DNA from: an uncultured Chlamydiae bacterium
Lineage (GTDB): Bacteria > Chlamydiota > Chlamydiia > Chlamydiales > Parachlamydiaceae
Direction: 5' to 3'
Assembly (NCBI GenBank): GCA_963830365.1
Contig: CAWHMU010000040.1
Location: forward strand, 1 to 64,000
Length of the DNA stretch: 64,000 nt
The translations under genes and the position numbers were made by a program. Positions within the stretch are counted from its first letter, which is position 1. Each line of letters opens with the position of its first letter. The notes beneath the pieces are model-generated. The model did not search any database. It was not told the origin of the DNA and was given only the letters and a program-made list of their open reading frames with translations. Positions 50,475 to 59,732 of the stretch are shown here, piece after piece.

Positions 50475-52130
50475 ATGTCTTTTGATTCACGCGTGCTTTC
50501 CCAGCTTACCACTTCAAATATCCCGGCTAATAACGGGCATGCGCTGCCGGCGGCTGGCGGAAGTCCCGCCAAACTTCAGCACCAAGGCGATGAAAATCAG
50601 CTCGCAGGCGCTGAATACAAAGAGAATGGCGGCGCGTTAAATGGTCGGTGTATTACCTCACAGGCGCCTTCCATCAGCATTAAGGTTAATGCTGCAATGT
50701 TGGCGCAAATTGCTCAAATTACAGACAGCTATCAGCCTGCTATCGAGGAAATGCCGTTCTTAGATGAAGATGTGTTGCAGTTTATTTTTAATGACGTAAA
50801 TCATCGTATTGAAAAAAAAACCAATGACGTCTTTTTCCGCATTCCCCTGCATGTAAACGGTCAAAAGTCTTGTATCCATGCTTTTGTGGATAAAAGAAAT
50901 CTCACGGTGGATGTTAATATACAGACATCATCAGCTGTAGACGAAAATTACGCCAATTCTTCAAAGGCTTTTGGTTTTCGTTTTGCTTCAGGCGACATTC
51001 AGCAAGTCACTCCATTGATCAAATTGAATACCAAGCCCGATGTGCAGCCAGATCAGTTTATGAATGAACTGAAGTCCTATCGATACATGGACACACGATC
51101 GGCTGAACGGGGGGCGGCGTCCTATGTGCCTGCCATACATCACGCTTATTCTTATCCGAGCGAGCACCATGGCCAGTCGGAATCTGTCATGTATTTAGAA
51201 AGAGGCCTGTGTAATCTAGCTGAGATCAATAGAAACAACATAACATCGGCTGTTTATGGCAATCTCATTAAGGCCGTAGCCTCTTTCCATGATCTGAATC
51301 TAGCACATGGCAACCTAACTTTGGAAAACATACGGGTTAAGGAGAATACAGATGGAACGACTCGTTTCGTGCTCACTGGTTTAGCTTCGTCGCATGATAT
51401 GCGCGATGATAGAGACCCATCCTTTGCCATTCCGAACTACTGTTCACCCGAAATGCTGGAACGGATAGAAGCCGATGGCCAAAATCCCTCACAGCTTGGA
51501 CAATCCAGTGATATCTGGGCTTTGGGTTGCTGCTTTTATAAACTTTATACCGGCAATGAACCGCGCTGGTCGCCGCTGGTTAATGCATACGTCTACTTGA
51601 TAGGGTTCGCAAATCAGATAAATGTGGCCATTGCCAACCAGCCAGGATTGCCTGTTGATGATACTGTTCCAGAACACTTTATCACCGGACAGCCAAGAAA
51701 GGACATCGATGGTCTAAAAGTGCATATGAAAGGTCTGGAAGATGATATCAAAGCACTGTCTGCTGATCATCTGGCTTATTTAGAAGGCACGCTGGAAAGT
51801 ATGCCAGAGACTGGACAATTAGCTGCCATGGATGACGAGCTCGCTGACTTGGTTGATCGCATGAAAGATGATCTAACTCGTGCTCTTTACGTGATTGACG
51901 ATTTAAAGCGCACTGGCGTGCCTCTTGATGAGGTGGGTAAAGCATTTGAAAGCCTAAGAGATGCACTGAAGACGAAACTTTTTGCGACATTTGCCGTTTT
52001 AAATAACACACCTAAACCGATAAATAATCCCATCGCAAACTTGATTTTGCAGATGTTGCGTCCTGATCTGGATGTTAGAGGCGATATCGAATCGATTGAG
52101 GAGTCTTTTACCTGGTACACTCGTTCATAA
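50475..52130 (+). CDS. Kinase-fold protein, probable pseudokinase (paralog 4)
   Basis: HGNLTLEN replaces HxDxKxEN and TGL replaces DFG. YCSPE, DIWALG and MLRPD are retained. ATG at 50475. Confidence 0.85.
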   Translation: MSFDSRVLSQLTTSNIPANNGHALPAAGGSPAKLQHQGDENQLAGAEYKENGGALNGRCITSQAPSISIKVNAAMLAQIAQITDSYQPAIEEMPFLDEDVLQFIFNDVNHRIEKKTNDVFFRIPLHVNGQKSCIHAFVDKRNLTVDVNIQTSSAVDENYANSSKAFGFRFASGDIQQVTPLIKLNTKPDVQPDQFMNELKSYRYMDTRSAERGAASYVPAIHHAYSYPSEHHGQSESVMYLERGLCNLAEINRNNITSAVYGNLIKAVASFHDLNLAHGNLTLENIRVKENTDGTTRFVLTGLASSHDMRDDRDPSFAIPNYCSPEMLERIEADGQNPSQLGQSSDIWALGCCFYKLYTGNEPRWSPLVNAYVYLIGFANQINVAIANQPGLPVDDTVPEHFITGQPRKDIDGLKVHMKGLEDDIKALSADHLAYLEGTLESMPETGQLAAMDDELADLVDRMKDDLTRALYVIDDLKRTGVPLDEVGKAFESLRDALKTKLFATFAVLNNTPKPINNPIANLILQMLRPDLDVRGDIESIEESFTWYTRS

Positions 52131-52233
52131 GAGCGCATCGTAAAAGGAATCTGCTCGCGAACCCCATTTTTCTAGCTTCCCTTGTATCTTTGATTTATGT
52201 ACACTTATCAAAAAGGGCTGTGGAGGAAGAAAT

Positions 52234-52749
52234 ATGTCTAGAGGTGGCAACCGGCCGGGCGCCGGCAGGCCCAAGGGGAGCGGACACTTTGGCGAAAAGA
52301 CGCAGCCGCTGCGCATCCCGGAAAGCGCCATAGATCAGGTGCTAAAATATGTGCAACACAGCTTTTACCGCCTGCCCTTATATCAAACGGCCGTCTCGGC
52401 GGGCTTTCCCTCTCCGGCCGAAGATGAGATCGACCAGCATCTGGATCTGAACGAATTGCTGATCAAACATCCGGCGGCCACTTTCTTCTTAAAAGTGGCC
52501 GGGGATTCGATGCTCAAAGCGGGCATCCATCATAATGACATCCTGGTCGTCGACCGCAGCCTGACGCCGGCGTCCGGCAAAATCGTCATCGGCGTGCTCA
52601 ACGGCGAGCTCACCGTCAAGCGCCTGCATCTCCAAGGCAAAAAAGTCTTTCTAGTCCCCGAAAACGACGCCTACCCCACCATCGAAATCAGCGAAGCCAT
52701 GGATTTCAGCATCTGGGGCGTCGTGACGAGCGTCATCCACACAGTTTAG
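52234..52749 (+). CDS. umuD: UmuD-like S24 autoprotease with N-terminal extension
   Basis: VSAGFPSPA cleavage region, GDSM serine and TVKRL lysine. Immediately upstream of umuC. Confidence 0.92.
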   Translation: MSRGGNRPGAGRPKGSGHFGEKTQPLRIPESAIDQVLKYVQHSFYRLPLYQTAVSAGFPSPAEDEIDQHLDLNELLIKHPAATFFLKVAGDSMLKAGIHHNDILVVDRSLTPASGKIVIGVLNGELTVKRLHLQGKKVFLVPENDAYPTIEISEAMDFSIWGVVTSVIHTV

Positions 52750-52779
52750 TTTATACCACACCTCTTAGCCGGAAAAACG

Positions 52780-54054
52780 ATGCCTCATTTTGTGCTTGTC
52801 GATTGCAACAACTTCTACGCCTCCTGCGAGCGGCTGTTTGACCCGCGCCTGGAAGGTCGCCCCGTGGTTGTCCTCTCCAATAACGACGGCTGCGTCATCG
52901 CCCGCTCGCAGGAAGCCAAGCAGCTGGGCATTAAAATGGGCGACCCTTTTTTCAAAATCAAACACTTCTGCCACCACTATCACGTCGCCGTCTGCTCCTC
53001 CAACTACGCCCTTTATGGCAATCTGTCCCAACGGGTGATGGAGATTTTGGGCGCACAGGTCCATGACATCGAAATCTATTCCATCGATGAAGCCTTCCTT
53101 AGCTACCCTTCGATGATGGCACTCGATGCGCTTGCCACTCAATGCAGCCGGCTGCGCGGCCTCATCAAACAATGGGTCGGCCTGCCGGTTTCGCTAGGCA
53201 TCGCCCCCACCAAGACGCTGGCCAAACTGGCCAACAGCTTCGCCAAAAAAATTCCCGCCGGGGTTTTTGATCTGTCGTCGCCGCATGCGCAAGAAAGACT
53301 GAAGAGCGTCCCTGTAGAGGATGTATGGGGGGTGGGAGGAGGCTTGCAAGCCTCATTCAATGCTATGGGCATTTATAGCGCCTGGGAACTGCGCACAGCC
53401 GATCCGGCTTTCATCCGCCGCCACCTGGGCGTGGTGGCAGAGCGCCTGGTATGGGAGCTTTGCGGCATAAGCTGCCTGGCCATCATGCCGCCGGCCGCCA
53501 GACAAAATATCGCCAGCTCGCGCGCCTTCGGCAAACCCGTCTCCTGCCCACTCCAGCTGGCAGAAGCCCTGTCTACCTATGTCAATACCGCCTGCACCAA
53601 GCTGCGCAAACAAAACTACTGCGCTTCTGCCATCTACGTCTATCTTGAAGCCATCATGCCTGGCTACGCCGGCAAAGGCCTGTGCCAGGCCACCTCAATG
53701 CCGCTGCCCTTCCCCACCAATGACACCGCCCACCTCATCACCGCCGCTAAAAAATGCCTGCATAAGCTCTATGTCAAAGGACAGCCATACAAGAAATGCG
53801 GCGTCATGCTGCTGGATCTGCTGCCGGAGAATAACGTGCCGCAGGACCTCTTCGGCCAAAACCATGCTCCCAAGCGGCAGCAGCTATTGCAGGCTGTCGA
53901 CAGCATCAATGCGAAATTCGGCAAGAAAACGCTGTTCTATGGCGCCATGGGTACAAATCCTAGGGGCACAAATCCTGCCTGGCAGACGCGCGCCGACTTC
54001 CGTTCCCGCGCCTACACCTCCTCATGGCAGGAGCTGGCCATCGCCCATGCCTAG
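52780..54054 (+). CDS. umuC: Y-family DNA polymerase V subunit
   Basis: [49 protein letters not shown]. Confidence 0.95.
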   Translation: MPHFVLVDCNNFYASCERLFDPRLEGRPVVVLSNNDGCVIARSQEAKQLGIKMGDPFFKIKHFCHHYHVAVCSSNYALYGNLSQRVMEILGAQVHDIEIYSIDEAFLSYPSMMALDALATQCSRLRGLIKQWVGLPVSLGIAPTKTLAKLANSFAKKIPAGVFDLSSPHAQERLKSVPVEDVWGVGGGLQASFNAMGIYSAWELRTADPAFIRRHLGVVAERLVWELCGISCLAIMPPAARQNIASSRAFGKPVSCPLQLAEALSTYVNTACTKLRKQNYCASAIYVYLEAIMPGYAGKGLCQATSMPLPFPTNDTAHLITAAKKCLHKLYVKGQPYKKCGVMLLDLLPENNVPQDLFGQNHAPKRQQLLQAVDSINAKFGKKTLFYGAMGTNPRGTNPAWQTRADFRSRAYTSSWQELAIAHA

Positions 54055-54078
54055 GCGTAAATGAGATTTGGCGATATG

Positions 54079-55047
54079 TCAGGTTGTCGGCTTGCCAGTT
54101 TGAACGATGTATCGCATGGCATGTTCTGCGTGGGAGAGGGTCACATGCAGACTGGTCTCGGTAGCAGACAGGCTGATGACCGCATTGACGATGGCAGGAT
54201 CGACCGGCAAAGCCAACTGCATCAGGATCATCAATTCTAATTGATCATCAGATTGCAGCTTATGCTTTGGCTTTCCACAAAATATGGAAAATTCCGTAGA
54301 AACCTTACTCAAGGTCTCGTCTAGGCATTTCAGACGCTCGATATCCGTTTTCAACTCATCGTATGTGTCTTTAGCTGCTTCGATAATATTTGTGAAACCG
54401 GGTGTGTGGTAAAATTTGCAAAAATCATCACCAATAGGTGGTAATGATGACTTTTCTGAATTGGAAATAGCGTCGGGTGAGAGGGAGTGTGTCGTGATAA
54501 AATGGCATAGTTTAGTCTGGCCTGCCTTGATCGTATCTGGATTGACATTTTCGTCAGCCAACTCCCTGTTTGCACGGGCAAGATAGTCGGCATTTATCAA
54601 GTTATTCAGGGCTTTTGCGACAGTGGCTTTTAACGTGCTCAATTCACCACGCGTCTTGGCCAGGGCCTGCTTACGCTGGGCATCGAAAAGAGGGTCAAAC
54701 AATTTACGGAAGAAATCGACGATTTTATGCGTTTTGAATAAAATTGACTGCGTGGGATTTTTCTTTTGCAGCGCCTCCTCTTTCCTGATAAGGCTGTTTA
54801 GCGAAGCGTCCAAATGCGTGAAAACTTTAATAGAATTTTGCAACTCTTTTGGGTCCTTAAAGAGCACAGGTTCTTGCAGGATTCCATTTGCCAACGCAAA
54901 TACCGATTGCATGGTCGTTTGTTTCAATTTTCCTTTTAAAGTCCTTGTGCTACCGCTTTTTTCAGGACTGGCGGCATAGGCCGCCAAAGCATCGTTAATC
55001 AGTGAGATGGTTGGAATGTCTGGTTTAATAGCCATAAACAACGCCAT
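54079..55047 (-). CDS. Hypothetical helical protein (candidate effector)
   Basis: 322 aa AT-rich ORF with no recognised motif. Confidence 0.7.
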   Translation of the reverse strand: MALFMAIKPDIPTISLINDALAAYAASPEKSGSTRTLKGKLKQTTMQSVFALANGILQEPVLFKDPKELQNSIKVFTHLDASLNSLIRKEEALQKKNPTQSILFKTHKIVDFFRKLFDPLFDAQRKQALAKTRGELSTLKATVAKALNNLINADYLARANRELADENVNPDTIKAGQTKLCHFITTHSLSPDAISNSEKSSLPPIGDDFCKFYHTPGFTNIIEAAKDTYDELKTDIERLKCLDETLSKVSTEFSIFCGKPKHKLQSDDQLELMILMQLALPVDPAIVNAVISLSATETSLHVTLSHAEHAMRYIVQTGKPTT

Positions 55048-55187
55048 TATCGCATAATGTAAATTAATTACTAATGCTTATTATATCAGATTGTTATTTA
55101 ATACATAGATAGTCTTTAGCATATAAACTGCTACTTACCGCAAACACCGGCACTCTTGCCGCATAGAGCCAACATAGGAGGGCATCC

Positions 55188-56048
55188 ATGAAAAAAAGAT
55201 ATCATCAACTTTCTGCTCAAGAAGAGCTGGTGATCGATAAAAAAGGCACCGAAAGGCCCGACAGTGGCCAATACAACGCACATGCCGAACCCGGCATCTA
55301 TGCCTGCCGAAAGTGTGACGCCCCCCTGTATCTGTCTGCCGATAAATTCAATTCCCATTGCGGCTGGCCAAGCTTCGATGATGAACTGCCAGGGGCGGTG
55401 GAAAGAAAAATCGACGCCGATGGCCAGCGCACAGAAATTTTATGCCGCCATTGCGGCGCCCACCTCGGCCATGTGTTTACTGGAGAGCGGGCCACATCCA
55501 AAAATGTGCGCCACTGCGTCAATTCCATCTCGCTGTCCTTTGTGCCGGCGTTAGCTGAAAATGGCTACCAGCGCGCCATCTTTGCCGGCGGCTGCTTCTG
55601 GGGGATCGACCATCTGATGAAGAAATTCCCAGGCGTAATCCGCACCACCTCAGGCTACATCGGCGGCACCACCGTCGACCCAACCTATGCCGAGGTATGC
55701 CAGGGCGATACCGGCCATGCCGAAGCCGTCGAAGTGGTCTTCGACCCCGCCGTCACCAGCTATGAGACGCTAACGAAATATTTCTTCGAAATCCACGAGC
55801 CTTCCCAACAGATGCGTCAAGGACCCGATATCGGCAGCCAATACCGCTCGGCGATCTTCTATCTCACCGCGCAGCAAAAAGAGATCGCTACGCACCTGAA
55901 AGCAGTCCTCACCACCAACGGCATGCCTGTGGCCACGGAAATCGTACCGGCCCACCCCTTCTATGCCGCCGAGGAATATCATCAAGACTACTATGGCTAT
56001 ACCGGCAAGCAACCCTACTGCCATACTTGGGTAAAACGCTTCCCCTAG
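55188..56048 (+). CDS. msrAB: Bifunctional methionine sulfoxide reductase (MsrB-MsrA fusion)
   Basis: MsrB: GTERP, CRKC, GWPSF, HLGHVF, RHCVNS. Msr[30 protein letters not shown]. Confidence 0.95.
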   Translation: MKKRYHQLSAQEELVIDKKGTERPDSGQYNAHAEPGIYACRKCDAPLYLSADKFNSHCGWPSFDDELPGAVERKIDADGQRTEILCRHCGAHLGHVFTGERATSKNVRHCVNSISLSFVPALAENGYQRAIFAGGCFWGIDHLMKKFPGVIRTTSGYIGGTTVDPTYAEVCQGDTGHAEAVEVVFDPAVTSYETLTKYFFEIHEPSQQMRQGPDIGSQYRSAIFYLTAQQKEIATHLKAVLTTNGMPVATEIVPAHPFYAAEEYHQDYYGYTGKQPYCHTWVKRFP

Positions 56049-56182
56049 CAAACCCTATGCCCAGGCCCCATGCCGTGCCCGTGTCCGAAAAACAAAAACG
56101 ATTATGCCAAGACAACCTCTAAGCCAACGCCGCGCAAGGCGCTTGTCGTTACCCACAACTATCAATCGAATATTTTAAGTAT

Positions 56183-56337
56183 TTTTTTTGGCCATTATCA
56201 TCTTCGCAGGGAAAATATTCGGTCACCAAAGCAAAAAGAGAGGAACTCCTACGGAGTTAAACAAGAATATGTATTTTCCCGTAGGAGTTCCTCTCTTTTT
56301 GCTTTCTTGACCGAATAAGCGATCATGGCCAAAAAAA
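56183..56337. repeat. ~155 bp palindromic element (family G)
   Basis: Outer TTTTTTTGGCCAT / ATGGCCAAAAAAA. Inner TATTCGGTCA..AAAGCAAAAAGAGAGGAACTCCTACGG / CCGTAGGAGTTCCTCTCTTTTTGCTTT..TGACCGAATA (56216-56317). Confidence 0.85.
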
Positions 56338-56338
56338 T

Positions 56339-56877
56339 GGTTCATCGCACAATCGCGTACCTGTCCGAGAAGATTCGTTAAAAAGACTTAATAATGGCTG
56401 GTTAAAAACGAGAATTAACAATATATTTGTACGGTTCTCTTTGAAACAAATCGACATTCTAGCACAGAAGGTCTAGTTAGCCTCGATAGAGGCGGAAGCA
56501 TGTAGCCATAGGTGTCAACCTATGGAATGAAATGTAGCAAAAAGTAAGCCGTGAATACGGCGACAGCAACTCCGAGGGAAGTTGAATTAAATGCGATTAT
56601 TATACCATATAATATCCTTTAGCCATGGCTGTCGCCGTATTCACGGCTTTGTTTCTAAACATGCGATAACCACACGCTGACGCATGTGGCTACATGCTTC
56701 CGCCTCTATCGAGGCTTTAAAAATGTTCTCAATGCGCCCTGTCGCTTATATGGCAGTACTGGCTCAACTTCTACCTTCACAGGAGCGAACGTGCCATTTG
56801 CGGATTTTTATGATGCATTATTTGCAACGACCTCGATTAATTTACATAAGGCGAGGTACGCATTTGTTTGATGAGCC
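56339..56877. mobile_element. Family A MITE-like element carrying a nested REPIN
   Basis: Ends GGTTCATCGCACAATCGCGTACCT / AGGTACGCATTTGTTTGATGAGCC match the TIRs at 50129/50329 and 20426. Confidence 0.7.
56479..56716. repeat. REPIN-like element (family B, GTAG-tagged hairpins)
   Basis: Perfect 30 bp outer IR AGCCTCGATAGAGGCGGAAGCATGTAGCCA and perfect 22 bp inner IR AAGCCGTGAATACGGCGACAGC (56546-56567 / 56628-56649). Confidence 0.9.
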
Positions 56878-57155
56878 CAAAAAATAAATTAAAATATTCG
56901 CTTGATAGTTGTGAGTAACGACAAGGATTCTAAAGCCTTGTCTAAATGCGTGGAGAATCGCCAAAAGAATGCCACCACTCCAATGCCCTCGTGGATGCCA
57001 AAAGCTATTGGAGCCGCCGCTGCCCTACTTTAGCTCTAAACGTTTAAAGTTCTGATGGGATGTCTGAACGCTTATAGCTCCTGCCCGATAATTTTAGTGG
57101 CATTTTGATTATAAACAACTTATAGTCAGCGCTGTTTACTGAAAGAGGACGTGCA

Positions 57156-57998
57156 ATGAGCAAAAAAACCATCCCCATGGCCATCGCCTATGATTTCGAC
57201 GGCACCCTGGCGCCCGGCAATATGCAGGAGTATGATTTTGTACCCGCCGTTGGCATGACTTCAAAGGAATTCTGGAGCGAAGCCACCCAGCTGGAGCAAC
57301 ATCAACAGGCCGACAAGATCCTGGCCTACATGCGGCTGATGATTCAAAAAGCCAGCGCCAAAGGGGTGTCCATCCGCAAAGAAGATTTTGTCAAGTACGG
57401 CCGCTCCGTAGCCCTCTTTGAAGGCGTCACAGATTGGTTTCAGCGCATCAACAGCTATGCGACGTCCAAAACGGTCGAAATCAAACATTATATCATCTCC
57501 TCCGGCATCCGCGAAATGATCGAAGGCACTCCCATCGCCAGCGAGTTCCATAAGATCTTCGCCTCCTCCTTTATGTACGACCATCATGGCGTGGCCGTAT
57601 GGCCCGCCCTGGCCGTCAACTATACCACCAAGACGCAATACCTCTTCCGCATCAATAAAGGCAGCCTCGACGTCTGCGACCACTCCCAAATCAACAAATT
57701 CGTCCCCCAGCACGAACGCCCCATGCCTTTTGCAAATATGATCTTCATCGGCGACGGCGAAACGGATATCCCCTCCTTCCGCACGGTCAAGGAACAGGGT
57801 GGACATGCCATCGCGGTCTATAAACCGCGCGCCAGCAAAGCCCGCGAGAAATCGCGCGACCTCATTAAGGAAGGGCGCGTGAATCTGATGGCGCCTGCCA
57901 GCTACAATGAGGGCAGCCAGATCGAAACCATGGTCAAGGCCATCATCGATAAAATTGCCGCCGACAGCATCCTGGATGAGCTGTGCAACGCTAAGTAA
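57156..57998 (+). CDS. HAD-superfamily hydrolase
   Basis: YDFDGTL motif I, IISSG motif II, FIGDGETD motif IV. Confidence 0.9.
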   Translation: MSKKTIPMAIAYDFDGTLAPGNMQEYDFVPAVGMTSKEFWSEATQLEQHQQADKILAYMRLMIQKASAKGVSIRKEDFVKYGRSVALFEGVTDWFQRINSYATSKTVEIKHYIISSGIREMIEGTPIASEFHKIFASSFMYDHHGVAVWPALAVNYTTKTQYLFRINKGSLDVCDHSQINKFVPQHERPMPFANMIFIGDGETDIPSFRTVKEQGGHAIAVYKPRASKAREKSRDLIKEGRVNLMAPASYNEGSQIETMVKAIIDKIAADSILDELCNAK

Positions 57999-58180
57999 TG
58001 TCCGATTTTGGGAACGAAAAATTCAACACAAAGGAACAGCCATGATGCTGTCGCTGTGAGGCATGCCAGCTTATGGATCCTGCGCCAGGCTTCCTTCTGC
58101 GGTGTTTATCCTGCATATCCCCTTTGCGTTGAATTTTTCATATGCAGCGCACACCAAATCCTGAACGCTTGTAAATAAAT

Positions 58181-58345
58181 TATACCATGATCTAGTGAGA
58201 ATTTGACATATTGGACTGCGCGAAAGCCCCCGCGGTTGTATGATCATAAGCCACCCAATATTAGTAATATGGGGTGGCTTATGATCATGCAACCCCGGGG
58301 CTTTGGCGCGTCCAACATGTCAAATTCTCACTAGATCATGGTATA
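58181..58345. repeat. 165 bp near-perfect palindromic MITE-like element (family D, TATACC...GGTATA)
   Basis: The whole element folds back on itself: TATACCATGATCTAGTGAGAATTTGACAT ... ATGTCAAATTCTCACTAGATCATGGTATA. Confidence 0.92.
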
Positions 58346-58427
58346 TGTCATTGCAAATGAATCTGCATTTGCAATAAACTGCCAGATCGTTTCGCAATAT
58401 AAATGCTTAATAATAAGGAATTTTAGC

Positions 58428-58934
58428 ATGAGCTCATCCGCCACACTCTCCCATAATGGCCTAAACTGCTGCCAGGCATCACCATTGACGGCAACAGCTC
58501 TGCCGCGCCCATCGACAGCGCAGTCTTTGATGAGAGTTTTGGAAAAAGTCAGCGCCATCGCTTTAGGCGTCTTTTCGGCACTGATCAACCCTCCTCTCTT
58601 TGGGGCTTATTTCCTTATCGGCGCTGCCATCGGTGCTTACAGCACCTTAATGAACAGCAACAGCCGGCCGCATGACCATATTGCCTCGGCCTGCTCACAA
58701 AGCTTCCTGGAACAGATCACCGGCGTAAACCTGCCGCCTCCCATCTCGCTTGCGGCCAATGTGGCCATCACTGTTTGCCATATCGACCACCATGCCAATG
58801 TCTTTGTGCCGCTCACCGGTCTCTTCATGGGGGCATGGCTGGGAAAAGAATCCGCATATGCTGCCGTTTCACTATGCCAGAAAATTCATACGCTAGCATC
58901 CCGCCATCACTGCCGCGCAGCGCTGGCATCTTAA
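58428..58934 (+). CDS. Hypothetical membrane protein (Inc-like hydrophobic hairpins)
   Basis: ATG at 58428 after an AAGGA RBS, Ser/Thr-rich N-terminus and two paired hydrophobic segments. Confidence 0.65.
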   Translation: MSSSATLSHNGLNCCQASPLTATALPRPSTAQSLMRVLEKVSAIALGVFSALINPPLFGAYFLIGAAIGAYSTLMNSNSRPHDHIASACSQSFLEQITGVNLPPPISLAANVAITVCHIDHHANVFVPLTGLFMGAWLGKESAYAAVSLCQKIHTLASRHHCRAALAS

Positions 58935-59713
58935 GACGATAGCTGCTTGGCCCGCTCGTAGGTGGCCAGAAAGATATTGATGATGCTGCCTCTTAAGGCC
59001 TGCTCCTCAAGCTTTTTCAAGCCGGCAATGGTCGTCCCACCGGGCGAAGCCACCTGCCACTTGAGCTCGCCCGGGTGCTTCTTGGTCTGTTCCAAGAGCA
59101 GCAGGCTGCCTTTGATCATCTGCTGTACCATACCTTGCGCCTCATCGGCCTTAAATCCCATGCTGATGCCGGCATCGACCATGGATTCGATGATGGCAAA
59201 GACAAAGGCCGGCCCGGAGCTTGCCAAAGACGTAAAGGCATCCATCTTATTTTCCGGCAGCCAATAGACCTTTCCCAGCGGCTCCCAAAGGTGCGCAAAC
59301 TTTTCCTTGTCACCCTTGGACAGCTCATCTTCAGTGGCAAGTCCGATCAGCCCTTCCCCATAGATAAGCGCAAGATTCGGCATCATACGGATGATATGCC
59401 GGCCTGCAAAATGCTGGCTCAGCCTAGCGATGGTGGTGCCTGCCAGCAGGCTGACAATCGTTTGGGTGGCCGTGAGCTGTCCGCAGATCAGATCCGCGAC
59501 TTCGTCAATATTTTGCGGCTTGACGGCCAGCATGACAAGCTCGGCTTGCTCAAGTGCCGCCTGCGGCGTCTGGCAAGCTGTGCCATAGCCGGCCTGCTGC
59601 AAGCTACCCGACTTTTCGCTATTGCGGTCGTAAAAAAATAGCTGATGGTGCGCCGCCAGGCGCTGCGCCAGTCCTGAGCCCATATGGCCGCAGCCGATGA
59701 TTAAAATTTTCAT
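58931..59713 (-). CDS. proC: Pyrroline-5-carboxylate reductase
   Basis: IIGCGHMG, LAVKPQ, RMMPN, SGPAF, VASPGGTTIAG. Confidence 0.96.
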   Translation of the reverse strand: MKILIIGCGHMGSGLAQRLAAHHQLFFYDRNSEKSGSLQQAGYGTACQTPQAALEQAELVMLAVKPQNIDEVADLICGQLTATQTIVSLLAGTTIARLSQHFAGRHIIRMMPNLALIYGEGLIGLATEDELSKGDKEKFAHLWEPLGKVYWLPENKMDAFTSLASSGPAFVFAIIESMVDAGISMGFKADEAQGMVQQMIKGSLLLLEQTKKHPGELKWQVASPGGTTIAGLKKLEEQALRGSIINIFLATYERAKQLSS

Positions 59714-59732
59714 CTCTCATCACTCCTAAAAA

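Noticed and set aside
56070..56887. Small ORFs 56070-56318, 56684-56887 and 56686-56871
   Set aside because: They overlap palindromic elements and have no recognisable protein features.
56183..56900. Possible CRISPR array in the repeat-rich region
   Set aside because: The repeats are inverted and nested, not direct repeats with regular spacers, and no cas genes are present.
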